Assembly: GCF_032444005.1 (NCBI RefSeq)
Contig: NC_091288.1
Location: forward strand, 187,240,001-187,304,000
Direction: 5' to 3'
DNA: 64,000 bases
Origin: Ranitomeya imitator
Taxonomy: Eukaryota
In this document: one piece after another, positions 1-11,869 of the stretch
Position numbering within the stretch: the first letter of the stretch is position 1
Layout of the letters: the number at the start of each line of letters is the position of its first letter
Position numbers and translations under genes: made by a program
The notes under the pieces: generated by a model
The model's input: only the letters and a program-made list of their open reading frames with translations
What the model was told of the DNA's origin: nothing
Databases searched by the model: none

Positions 1-457
1 TTTTAACCCGTTTGCTGCCAGTACAGTTTTCACATTAAGACAAACAATGAAAAAGAAGCAACCCCCCCCCTAATAATTTGTACTTTACAATTAAGGGCCC
101 ATTCCTGTGATTTTGCATTACTAAAGCATAACATGATATGTAAAAAAATGCATAAAAATGTGTCTTTTTGGTTTGTGAAGGGAGAAATGAAAGTAAAAGA
201 GATGCGCCTGTCATATTGTATGTGACGTGACGGAGGGTTAAACAGTAACTGTGGGGGCATCCTGCTGTGTGGGTATCTTACTGTGTAGGGGGCATCATAC
301 TATGTGGAGGGTAACTGTGGGCATCATCCATTGTGGAGGGTATGATCCATCGTGATCTGGAACAGTAATGACAATATTTGGGATACCCTCAGTCATAAGG
401 GAAGGAAATTGCATATAATAGAAGCTGGAAAAGATAATTGCAGAAACTGAACAATGA

Positions 458-599
458 GCGGGAAATTCAAACTTCCCAACAGTTCTGTATTTAGCCAATC
501 AGCAGAGGAAGGGAGGGGCAAATGTAGATTATGTAAGCCCCGCCCTGGAAAGCGTCATCTCTGAAGTTCTCTCTCTGGTCCATTCTTCCTCCATATAAA
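458..599 (+). promoter_or_regulatory. H4 (type A) promoter: GCGGGAAATTCAAA, CAACAG, CCAAT, GC box, weak H4 site II-like GGTCC, TATAAA
   Basis: gcgggaaattcaaa 458-471, caacag 477-482, ccaat 495-499, tataaa 594-599 upstream of the H4 ATG at 651. Duplicate at +10907. Confidence 0.8.
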
Positions 600-641
600 G
601 GAGCAGTCCGTGCTGTCCAGGAATCAGTTTTTGCTCACTGA

Positions 642-962
<321 letters not shown>

Positions 963-992
963 TTGTGTTCTCTTCTGTCCTCACAACCCAAA

Positions 993-1033
993 GGCTCTTA
1001 TCAGAGCCGCCCACATCTCAGTGAGAGGCTGCA
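993..1033 (+). terminator. Histone 3' stem-loop and HDE-like element of H4
   Basis: GGCTCT-TATC-AGAGCC at 993-1008, then purine-rich gagaggctgc about 15 nt downstream. Confidence 0.9.
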
Positions 1034-1774
1034 CCTTCCTATTCCTGCGCTATGGTTCCTGGTGGTCTTAAAATCTAGGTTAATAAATGGTTTAGAAACC
1101 TTTCACGAGCCACAAACCTCTTCGTGTAAGGCTAAATGTACCTCGCTGTGCTGTGATCTTCTGTCTCCTGTGCGCTGGTGACTTCTCTACGCTCTTATGT
1201 GATTTCGGCAGTGAACAAGGCAAACGCATGTGCAGAAAGACGGATGATGATACCTGACACTAACGGATAAACACTGTTCCGCGGTCCCGGGTACCGACCT
1301 CTGATGCTGGGTATGGGCGGATGGTTCTGTTGTAGCTTTGGGTGTTTGAATTTCCCGCCTTGTGGCTTCAGTTTCTTCCTGCAGCTCGTGGTGTCAGGAC
1401 TGGCGGCTGTAGGACGATGTTTGTGTACAATGATGGCTTGTTCTGAATGAGTGCCTCACATGTATCTAGGCTTCCCAGATAAGGGAGCAATATTCACTGG
1501 ATAGAGCTGGAGCTCAGCAGAGCTGTGGGTTCCCGGTGGAAGGAGTGAAGCCGCATTATCCAGATTCTGGGATGTGCCTGCAGTGTGTGATCTGGGACCA
1601 GGGTCTTTTCCATTATCTTGACCTAGAAAGACTTACCTGGTTTTCCCAAGCAGATCCCTCTACAGCTCTAATAACGGGCAACTCCCGGCGTTTTCTAAAT
1701 CTGATGTTGTCCTAAGATGCTGCTTTTATTGGGCGCTGATTAGTATCGGGCGCAGCGTCTCTGCAGGGCACAAT

Positions 1775-2548
1775 ATCCCCCGTGCGGCTGCCTGTAGTAT
1801 CGGTCACAGCCTGGGACGTGTCTTCTATACTCTCCCCTCTTATTTTCCTCCCCGTCTTTCCATACTAGAGCCGGCACCGCAAACTTCGGGTGATGCGGTT
1901 TGTTCTCATTGATCTATTACATAAACCTCACAGATTTATGGGGGCTATATCCGCACACTGCCTCCCAGAGACCCCTCTATGCAGACAGTACAGACCCCGG
2001 AGTGATGCGGTTACTACAGTCCTGCCGTGAGATGAATGTGTTGATTCTGCTACTTGATGTTATACTGAACAGGGGGCAGCGGATATTCACAGGGGATGTG
2101 GCTGTCTGAGGCAGCTGGATGGACGGACGCCCTGTGTACCGGGTACGGAGACTCCTGTGTGATGGCCACGTCCTGGACACTAAGGTTTCGGATGGATGGC
2201 GCCTCTGAAGACTATTATAACCTCCCCAGAATAATAATGGTAACCGATAAGAAAACCGATCCCCGTGTTTGGGGGCAGACAGATGGGAGGACAGGACCCG
2301 GTATTGGTGATCGCCGCTCCAGCAGAGGGACCGGTAATAATCCGACGGACGAAGAACAGAGATTGAGCGGGAAATTCAAAACCATCAACGGATCTGTAAT
2401 CAGCCAATGAGCGAGAGACATCCGCAGGCGCCGACCAATCCCAGATACAGGAATATCCGCCTCCATTAACTCCTTAGTGGCCGTGTGTGCTGACCCCCAT
2501 TACACACTCGCTTTACAGACCCGGCAGCGTCACATCAGGCTCCGGGCT
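1775..2548 (+). repeat. Diverged paralogue of the H2A upstream spacer (53440-54192)
   Basis: Long colinear blocks shared with 53440-54192, e.g. gatggcgcctctgaagactattataacctccccagaataataatgg. Also at 12682-13455. Confidence 0.85.
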
Positions 2549-2784
2549 TTCTCTCTCTCTCGCAGGCAGAGCTGATCAATCCTTCATGTCAGCACCTCTC
2601 CAGAATGAGGCTGATGCACTAGATTTTCTCGGCACCGCCATCCGCACGTGGGGTGCTGCTGTAATCCCGTTCATTATCCTCAATTTTCCTCTGCACATCT
2701 CCACATCCAGCCAAGTGATCGCTGGGACCAGTATACTCATCAGCATTGCCAATACTTCGATATGTAGCAAAGGAGGAGTGGTGT

Positions 2785-3503
2785 AAAAATTTGGGGGGCA
2801 TTTTGAGGGCAACCCAAACGTTGTGTCCCACCAAAAAATGCCCCGGTTGACCCAAATCATTCTGAAAAAAATTACCACACACTCTTAAAGTGTTCCTCTA
2901 CACACCCTGCGAATTTGTGGTCGACAGACCCAAGCCGGGCTGAGCAGTGACCCTGCGCACCATAGACTTCAATGGGCAGGGTCACTTTGGGGAGTCTCTG
3001 CTCAGCCCAATTTGTGGCTATCAACCACACATTTTCAGGTTGTGTAGCGTACCGTAGCTCTAGTAGACCAGTGCTGTAAAAATTTGGGGGACATTTTGAG
3101 ATCACCCCAAAAATATGCCCACCCCCAAACTTCTGAACAAATTAACCTACACTCTTGAATTGTTCCTCTACACACCCTGAAAATGTGGGGTTGATAGGCA
3201 CAAATCAGGCTGAGCAGTGACACTGTGCGCGATAGGCTTCAATGGGCAGGGCAGCTTTGGGGGGTAACTGCTCAGACCAGATTGGGGCTATCTACCTGAA
3301 ATTTTCATAGTGTGTAGAGGAACAATTCATTAGTTGGGCTATTTTTTCAGAATTGTTAGGTTAATAGGAAGGAGGCTTTTTTTTTTTTTTGGGGGGGGGG
3401 GGGGGCATAACTTTTGGGGTGCCCTCAAAGTGCCACCCTCAATTTTTTACACTATTGGTTCGCTAGGGGTACTCTACACACCCTGAAAATTTGGGGTTGA
3501 TAG
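2785..3503. repeat. Tandem imperfect palindromes (~270-bp period), MITE-like non-coding repeat
   Basis: Palindromes at 2898-3047 and 3157-3329 (18-bp perfect outer arms tgaattgttcctctacac) centred on (c)atag(a/g)cttcaatgg; third partial copy at 3474-3503. Duplicated near 13.7-14.4 kb and 59.7-60.4 kb. Confidence 0.6.
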
Positions 3504-3662
3504 CCCCCACATCGTACAATCAGCTCCCTGTGCGATAGACATTGGAGTAAAGGTCCCTGTGATGGAGACAAGAGCCGGGAACAGGAGGAACGAGCTCCCG
3601 CAGCAGATTTATCTCCCCGGTACACAGTGAGGTGCAGATCGGGAGGACGGCGGCGATGATCC

Positions 3663-4350
3663 TAATCTGAAAGAATGTTTCGGCACTCAAAATTTATATG
3701 CTTGAAAAAAAGAAAATTTTATTGGAGATATATGTTTCAGAAAATCGTTGTAACGTTTCGGTCATAACATTGACCTTCGTCAAACTGGAGTACATAAAAC
3801 AGAAAGAGATAATATCTTAATATAATACAATCAGTGTCCATCAAAAATGGAAATACAGTATTGAACCAAAATTCATATCAATAAAAATACAAAAGAATAT
3901 TTTTGGAAAAAAGAGAACAGTTCTAGTCTGGTCTAGATAAGACGTTAAATCGGTGATGATTAGCTGCAGAACAGTTTCACATAGATTTAATATAAATGTT
4001 ATATGGCATAATATATGTTCTGATAATAGGTTTACACAGGACAATTGAGATCACATTAGTCATGATTTTTTTTTATATATCAGATGTCTCCAATTCTGAG
4101 AGGAAATATTGAAAAAAACAACCAAGTAAAAACAGAAAATAAAAAATAAAAAAAGGAAAGAAAAAAATAGATGGACTTAGGTCTTACCAAGTATATTAAA
4201 CGTGCATAATCATGTGTGCGGTCCTATTTATCTCTGTGAGTGGGAAAGGACCATCTATGTCCTAATCCTAAAGACAAAGAAACGGAATACCTAATTGTAC
4301 TAAACTGGTATATCAAGATAGGTGATATTCACAATCAGAAACATCGGGCA
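3663..4350 (-). mobile_element. Probable Penelope-like element (pLTR/3' end) remnant
   Basis: AT-rich block with a hammerhead motif followed by AATAAA on the minus strand. No coding domain recognised. Confidence 0.35.
3745..3790 (-). ncRNA. Degenerate Penelope-type hammerhead ribozyme motif
   Basis: Minus strand reads TTGACGA-A-GGTCA-atgtta-TGACC-GAAAC-GTTA. Stem II is perfect, the core has C3 to U, and stem I is weak. Copies near 14650-14695 and 60664-60709. Confidence 0.5.
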
Positions 4351-4823
4351 GGTGATTGCAATCAGCCCCCGATGTGGATCATCTACTGATGTGCAACACG
4401 TGTCCCCCCCAATACTCTGCACTTATGGGGTACAGTGATATCACAGGTCAGGGAGGGGGCAGTCAGCGGAGGCCGTCGCCTGTGTTACCCTTCTGGGTTC
4501 TCAGCAGCTCCAGCTCGTCCCCACATCGTACAATCAGCTTCCTGTGCGATAAACATTGGAGTAAAGATCCCTGTGATGGTGACAAGAGCCGGGGACAGGA
4601 GGAACGAGCTCCCGCAGCAGATTTATCTCCCCGGGTACACAGTGAGGTGCAGATCGGGAGGACGGCGGCGATGATCCCGGGATATTCTCTCCGCTCTTTC
4701 CCGGCATCTCTGCTAGTGACGGCTACAAATGGCCGGTGGAGATGTTGGAGAAGGGGAGGCGACGGAGGAAGCGCGCTCTGCTGTCCGGTGTTAGCCGGTA
4801 AAGGGCTTTTATCCCGGGCAGGG

Positions 4824-4958
4824 AAACACAAGGGGAGAGCGGAGCTTAACCCGGACTCAGCTGGGAGGAGGCGGGGCCTGTGTCCAGTGTCAGCCAATAG
4901 AAGCTCAGGACGGTGCAGCTCAGCAGCCAATCAGTGCGCAGTAAGCCTGTACATATAA
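4824..4958 (+). promoter_or_regulatory. H1 promoter: AC box, GC box, two CCAAT boxes, TATA-like
   Basis: AAACACA 4824-4830 (H1-specific AC box), gaggcggggc 4868-4877, ccaat 4894 and 4927, catataa 4952-4958. Duplicate at +10905. Confidence 0.85.
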
Positions 4959-5033
4959 CAGGCGCCTCCAGCTCCGGCCTCAGTATTTTCCTTCCTGTCA
5001 AGAAGTATTTTCGTTTTGCTTCTGCAGCACATG

Positions 5034-5669
5034 ATGGCAGAGACCGCGCCAGCCGCCGCTCCACCTCCCGCAGAACCGGCCGCCAAATCCAAGAAGCAGC
5101 CGAAGAAATCCGCCGCCAAGAAGAGCAATAAACCCTCCGGCCCCAGCGTCTCCGAGCTGATCGTGAAAGCCGTGTCCGCCTCCAAGGAGCGCAGCGGGGT
5201 GTCTCTGGCCGCCCTGAAGAAGGCTCTGTCTGCCGGAGGATACGATGTAGAGAAGAACAACAGCCGCCTGAAGCTGGCCGTCAGGTCTCTGGTCACCAAG
5301 GGCGCCCTCCTCCAGGTGAAGGGCAGCGGCGCCTCCGGGTCCTTCAAGCTGAACAAGAAGCAGGAGACGAAGGACAAAGTGGCCAAGAAGAAGCCAGCAG
5401 CTGCGGCCAAACCCAAGAAACCCGCTGCTGCCAAGAAAGCCGCCAAATCTCCGAAGAAGCCCAAAAAGGCTCCGACCGCGGCCAAGAAGAGCCCGAAAAA
5501 GGCCAAGAAGCCCGCAGCTGCCAAGAAAGCGGCCAAGAGCCCCAAGAAGCCGAAAGCCGCTCCCAAGCCCAAGAAGGTGACGAAGAGTCCGGCTAAGAAG
5601 GCGGCCAAACCCGCCAAGAGTCCGGCTAAGAAGGCTGCGAAAGCCAAGAAGCCCGCGGCTAAGAAATAA
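5034..5669 (+). CDS. H1: Linker histone H1 (somatic, replication-dependent type), 211 aa
   Basis: [12 protein letters not shown]-terminus, globular domain ([26 protein letters not shown]...[10 protein letters not shown]), Lys/Ala/Pro tail with SPKK motifs. An in-frame ATG at 5031 is an alternative start. Confidence 0.98.
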   Translation: MAETAPAAAPPPAEPAAKSKKQPKKSAAKKSNKPSGPSVSELIVKAVSASKERSGVSLAALKKALSAGGYDVEKNNSRLKLAVRSLVTKGALLQVKGSGASGSFKLNKKQETKDKVAKKKPAAAAKPKKPAAAKKAAKSPKKPKKAPTAAKKSPKKAKKPAAAKKAAKSPKKPKAAPKPKKVTKSPAKKAAKPAKSPAKKAAKAKKPAAKK

Positions 5670-5697
5670 GCTGCAGCCCCTGTTCTGTTACCACAAA

Positions 5698-5738
5698 GGC
5701 TCTTATAAGAGCCACCACCTCCTCCCCGCAGAGCTGTA
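5698..5738 (+). terminator. H1 3' stem-loop and HDE
   Basis: GGCTCT-TATA-AGAGCC at 5698-5713, ACCAC, AGAGCTGTA at 5730-5738. Confidence 0.92.
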
Positions 5739-6438
5739 TGATCAGTGCCACCACCTCCTCCCCGCAAAGCTGTATGATCAGTGCCATCACCTCCTCCCCG
5801 CAGAGCTGTATGATCAGTGCCACCACCTCCTCCCCGCAGAGCTGTATGATCAGTGCCACCACCTCCTCCCCGCAGAGCTGTATGATCAGTGCCACCACCT
5901 CCTCCCCGCAGAGCTGTATGATCAGTGCCACCACCTCCTCCCCGCAGAGCTGTATGATCAGAGCCATCACCTCCTCCCCGCAGAGCTGTATGATCAGAGC
6001 CATCACCTTTTCCCCGCAGAGCTGTATGATCAGAGCCACCTTCTCCACGCAGAGCTGTATGATCAGTGCCACCACCTCCTCCTCGCAGAGCTGTATGATC
6101 AGAGCCACCACCTCCTCCCCGCAGAGCTGTATGATCAGAGCCATCACCTCCCCGCAGAGCTGTATGATCAGAGCCATCGCCTTCTCCCCGCAGAGCTGTA
6201 TGATCAGTGCCACCACCTCCTCGCAGAGCTGTATGATCAGTGCCACCTTCTCCCCGCAGAGCTGTATGATCAGAGCCATCACCTTCTCCTCGCAGAGCTG
6301 TATGATCAGTGCCACCACCTCCTCGCCGAGCTGTATGATCAGTGCCACCTTCTCCCCGCAGAGCTGTATGATCAGAGCCATCACCTTCCCGCAGAGCTGT
6401 ATGATCAGAGCCATCACCTTCCCGCAGAGCTGTATGAT
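5714..6438 (+). repeat. H1-3'-end minisatellite array 1 (33/36-bp units, about 21 copies)
   Basis: Tandem (a/t)gccaccacctcctccccGCAGAGCTGTATGATCAG starting right after the stem-loop; ends abruptly at the L2 sequence. Confidence 0.98.
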
Positions 6439-9300
6439 AATACAGTAGGTGAGGGTAGAGATGGTCATGCAGCGGTTTGGTCGATCGGTGGTAACTGCAG
6501 GTTGAAGGCTTGTCTGAAGAGGTGTGTCTTCAGGTTCTTTTTGAAGGTTTCAATGGTAGGCGAGAGTCTGATGTGTTGTGGTAGAGGGTTCCAGAGTAGG
6601 GGTGATACGCGAGAGAAATCTTGTATACGATTGTGGGAAGAGGAGATAAGAGGGGAGTAGAGTAGGAGATCTTGTGAGGATCGGAGGTTGCGAGTAGGTA
6701 AGTACCGGGAGACGAGGTCACAGATGTATGGAGGAGACAGGCTGTGGATGGCTTTGTACGTTAGGGTTTTATAGTGGTGTCTCTGGGCAATGGGGGGCCA
6801 GTTAAGGGATTGACAGAGGGGAGAGGCCGGGGAATAGGGGGGGGACAGGTGGATTAGTCGGGCAGCAGAGTTTAAAATAGATTGGAGGGGTGCGAGAGTG
6901 TTAGAGGGGAGGCCACAGAGCAGGAGGTTGCAGTAGTCAAGGCGAGAGATGAGGGCATGGACTAGGGTTTTTGCAGATTCATGGTTGAGGAATGAACGGA
7001 TTCGGGAAATATTTTTGAGTTGAAGTCGGCAGGAAGTGGAAAGGGCTTGGATATGTGGTTTGAAGGAGAGATCAGCATCAAGGATTACCCCGAGGCAGCG
7101 AGCTTGTGGGACTGGGGAGAGTGGGCAGCCATTTACTGTAATGGATAGGTTCGTTGGGGGGGGTCGCTTGAGATGGGGGAAAGATGATGAATTCTGTTTT
7201 GTCCATGTTAAGTTTCAGAAATCTAGCGGAGAAGGATGAAATAGTGGACAGACATTGAGGGATTCTGGTTAGAAGGGAGGTGATATCTGGTCCAGAGATG
7301 TAGATCTGTGTGTCGTCAGCATACAGGTGATACTGAAAGCCATGAGATTCTATGAGCTGTCCCAGGCCAAAGGTGTAAATGGAGAAGAGCAAGGGCCCAA
7401 GGACTGAACCTTGTGGGACTCCGACAGATAGGGGGCGAGGTGAGGAGGTGGTGTGTGAGTGGGAGACGCTGAATGTCCGGTCTGTTAGGTATGATGAGAT
7501 CCAGGATAGGGCCAAGTCTGCGATGCCAAGGGAGGAGAGGGTTTGTAATAATAGGGAATGGTCCACTGTGTCAAAGGCAGCCGACAGGTCGAGGAGGAGG
7601 AGGACAGAGTAGTGTCGCTTGCTCTTGGCGGTTAAGAGGTCATTGGTGACTTTAGTTAGGGCAGTTTCAGTGGAATGGTGTGACCGGAAGCCAGATTGTA
7701 GGCGGTCAAAGAGGGAGCAAGAAGAGAGATGGGAGGACAGTTCAAGGTAGACGTGTTGTTCCAGTAGTTTTGAGGCAAAGGGGAGAAGTGATATAGGGCG
7801 ATAGCTAGATACAGAGGATGGGTCAAGAGAGGGCTTTTTGAGGATAGGTGTGATTGAGGCGTGTTTAAAGCTTGAGGGGAAAACACCAGTTGTTAGTGAT
7901 AGGTTGAAGAGATGGGTTAGGGTTGGGATGAAGATTGTGGTGAGGTTTGGGATGGGAGTGGGTCAAGTGCACAGGTGGTGAGATGCGATCTTGAGAGTAG
8001 AGTGGAGAGTTGATCTTCTGTAATGGTGGAGAAGTTGGTTTTGGAGGTGGAGGGCTGGGAAATCGGGAGGAAGAGCTCTGGGGGTTGTTGACCAAAACTG
8101 TCTCTAATACTATCAATCTTCTGCTTGAAAAATGAGGCAAAGTCTTCAGCAGAGATAAGTGGGGAGGGAGGAGGTGCTGGGGGACGGAGGAGAGAATTGA
8201 AGGTGTTGAATAACTGTTTAGGGTTGTGAGAGAGAGAGGAGATGAGAAGTAGGTTTGTTTAGCTGTGGCGAGTGTGGTCTTGAAAGTAGTGAGGGACTGT
8301 TTGAATGCGATGAAGTGCTCATTAGAGTGGGATCTTTTCCATCTGCGCTCAGCAGCCCTGGAAGCTCGCCTCAGTTCTTTGGTCAGGCTGGTGTGCCAGG
8401 GCTGTCTATTGATTTTGCGAGCTTTGGTATGTGTAAGTGGGGCAGCAGATTCCAAAGCTAGAGCTATTGTGGTGTTATATAGAGCAGCAGCGTCATCCGC
8501 ATTGTGTATGGAACTTATGCCTGTGAGGGGGAGGAGGGATTCAGAGAATGAGTGTAGGTCAAGATGTTTAATATTTCTGCGAGGGTGTGAAAGTTTGTGG
8601 GGTGGGGATTGTAGACATGGAGTGGAGAGAGATGAGAATGTGACAAGGTTGTGGTCAGAAAGTGGAAGAGGTGAGTTAGAGAGGTTAGATAGAGAGCAGA
8701 GGCGGGTGAAGATGAGGTCCAATGTGTGACCGTCTTTGTGAGTGGCTGCAGAAGACCATTGAGTGAGGCCGAAGGAGGAAGTGAGAGTTAGAAGTTTAGT
8801 GGCAGCTGAGAGGGAAGTGTCAATGGGGATGTTGAAGTCACCCATGATGATAGTGGGGATGTCCGCAGAAAGGAAATGAAGTAGCCAGGTGGTGAAGTGG
8901 TCAAAGAAGATGGTGGCTGGCCCTGGGGGGCGGTAAATGACAGCCAGTTGGAGGTTGGTGGGGGAATAGATGCGCACAGAGTGCACCTCAAAGGAAGGGA
9001 GGGTGGCAGTGGGATTGGGGTGAAGGAACAGTTATCTGACAGGAGAAAACCAACTCCTCCGCCATGTTTGCTGCTGGGGCGGGGTGTGTGGGAAAGGTGG
9101 AAGCCACCGTAAGAGAGTGCAGCAGGGGAGACTGTGTCAGAAGGGGTGAGCCAGGTTTCGGTGATGGCGAGGAAGGAAAGTTTGGTAGTAACAAAGAGAT
9201 CATGGATGTAGGAGAGCTTGTTGCAGACAGAGCGGGCGTTCCCTGTTAGTGGGACTGGGGAGGCGGGGGATGTGCAAATGGGTATAAGGTTAGAGAGGTT
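6439..9300 (-). mobile_element. L2/CR1-class non-LTR retrotransposon, frameshifted, 3' tail missing
   Basis: APE endonuclease motifs (IYRPPG, IIMGDFN, HKDGHTLDLIF, SDHNL) in ORF 7865-8986; RT motifs ([21 protein letters not shown]) in ORF 7078-7566. Confidence 0.93.
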
Positions 9301-9814
9301 ACGGACGTTTGTGCTAGAGCGAGTGTCGTCTGCGAAGCTCGCAGGAAATGTCCCCTCATTAGTGTCTGATACTCCGCGCTGAGGTCTACATGTAGTTAGG
9401 ACCTGCCGGAGTATCGGACCGGGCGGGTGATTCTCCTCATCAGTGACGGCGCCTTCTCTGGGAGGACAGGACTCCGCGCTGTTCCGGGTGTGACCGGATT
9501 GTGATCTCCGCTATCAGCAGTGACCGGTAACAATCCTCCCGAGATTATGAGCAGGAAATTCAAATCTCCCAACGGATCCTGTGATCAGACAATGAGCGGG
9601 CAGCCTTGGGAAAGCTCAGCCTTGAAAATAGGAAGTTAAATGGAGGAGAGACGTCTACGTACATCAGGCACACATACGTGTCTCCTCCGTTTAACTTCTT
9701 ATTTCCCGTGTTCCAGCTGATCTTTCATTATCAGAGTATCCACAGATGCGGCACCTTCACCCCAGGCCCCGGTAGCGCTGTGTCCCCTATACACCGCAAA
9801 CAATGTATACACTG

Positions 9815-9817
<3 letters not shown>

Positions 9818-9882
<65 letters not shown>
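9818..9882. repeat. (TA)n microsatellite
   Basis: Pure TA run. A shorter paralogous run lies at 58860-58921. Confidence 0.98.
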
Positions 9883-9887
<5 letters not shown>

Positions 9888-11548
9888 GAAAGGGGCTGTA
9901 GAGGGCAGAACCAACACCTGTGTTCCCCGTACACTGCACTAACTGGATATATATCTACGTGACAGGACCTCCAATCACTCCGCCGCGGCTGCAGGACCTC
10001 GAAGCACATGTACCCGGCTGTCGGATCTGCCCCTCCACAGCTGTTAGATCTGGAAATGCGCTGTCCTGCTGCCAGACCTCCAAACGCACCTGCTCGGCTG
10101 TCGGACTTCGAAACACACCGTGACTTTGGTAAAGGTGTTTACGGTTTGGCTAAGGATTCCTATATGTCACAAATATTGGAGATGGGACCGTCCCTACCGT
10201 GCCCTTACACTATAGAGCTGCCATCTAGCAGAACCTCAGCTTCCATCTCAGACGCTCTGGTTACATGTGAAGGAGTCCGGCTTTTCCAGGCCTTATTTAT
10301 TTGTCTTTGTGACTGTGACCGGCCAGTGGCATTGAAGGCTTGTGAAATCCTTCTCGCCGTGTAGCCCAAACTGCAATGGGGACACCGATCCCTCCGAACA
10401 GCATGGAAGGGACTGGCTGGAGCACACGATAACAGAAACGCAAAAGGAAGGCGGGGACGGTGCTGGGGACCGGCAGGAGCGCCCACCAGAATGGGCCACT
10501 GGGGTCATAAAGACAATGGATTTGGATAACATGAAATGCTCCTTGCCGAAAAACAGCGATTATCTTCGCTAGACTCCCCTGCCACTGCTGCAGGACGTCA
10601 AAACCACTTTATGGGGGGATGCAAGATGCATATTGCTACTGGTGTGGATGTTAGAGGGACTTTTCTTAATCAGATTTCACTGCCAAAAATGCCTTTGTGC
10701 TGTAATTGGCAGTGGATCCGACCTGGTATTTCATACAGTGCCCTACTGGGACCCAGGAGCCATCATACAGCTACTCAGTAACCGACCTGCAGCATTTATT
10801 GGGTTCACTGCCCTAACGCCTAAGAAGGAAGTCCTGGTTGTAAGAGAGTAAATGCCTCTGGCACTATAGAGGACAATGTAGTAGGGATCATGTTTCTGTT
10901 ACTGTTTTTTTAACCCGTTTGCTGCCAGTACAGTTTTCACATTAAGACAAACAATGAAAAAGAAGCAACCCCCCCCCTAATAATTTGTACTTTACAATTA
11001 AGGGCCCATTCCTGTGATTTTGCATTACTAAAGCATAACATGATATGTAAAAAAATGCATAAAAATGTGTCTTTTTGGTTTGTGAAGGGAGAAATGAAAG
11101 TAAAAGAGATGCGCCTGTCATATTGTATGTGACGTGACGGAGGGTTAAACAGTAACTGTGGGGGCATCCTGCTGTGTGGGTATCTTACTGTGTAGGGGGC
11201 ATCATACTATGTGGAGGGTAACTGTGGGCATCATCCATTGTGGAGGGTATGATCCATCGTGATCTGGAACAGTAATGACAATATTTGGGATACCCTCAGT
11301 CATAAGGGAAGGAAATTGCATATAATAGAAGCTGGAAAAGATAATTGCAGAAACTGAACAATGAGCGGGAAATTCAAACTTCCCAACAGTTCTGTATTTA
11401 GCCAATCAGCAGAGGAAGGGAGGGGCAAATGTAGATTATGTAAGCCCCGCCCTGGAAAGCGTCATCTCTGAAGTTCTCTCTCTGGTCCATTCTTCCTCCA
11501 TATAAAGGAGCAGTCCGTGCTGTCCAGGAATCAGTTTTTGCTCACTGA

Positions 11549-11869
<321 letters not shown>

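Noticed and set aside
3-241. Possible TTAA-flanked piggyBac-type MITE (ttaaccc...gggttaa; also 10910-11148)
   Set aside because: Only CCC/GGG is complementary beyond TTAA, so there is no convincing terminal inverted repeat.
1235-1260. Box C/D-like ATGATGA...CTGA
   Set aside because: The boxes are only a few nt apart, with no guide region or terminal stem.
4931-5767. Antisense ORFs over H1, H3 and H4, and long N-terminal extensions of the H1, H3 and H2A ORFs
   Set aside because: Shadows of biased histone codon usage. The extensions start at TTG or at ATG upstream of or within the promoter, and the conserved N-termini define the real starts.
6439-9300. Independent or active L2 insertion after the first H1
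   Set aside because: Frameshifted, lacks the 3' tail, and shares flanks and lesions with 55308-58343. It is part of a segmental duplication.
9606-10009. ORFs with poly-(YI) tracts
   Set aside because: Translation of the (TA)n microsatellite.
10008-10572. ORFs of 76-118 aa between the (TA)n run and the H4 promoter
   Set aside because: No recognisable domain. The paralogous copy at 59045 is truncated by a deletion.
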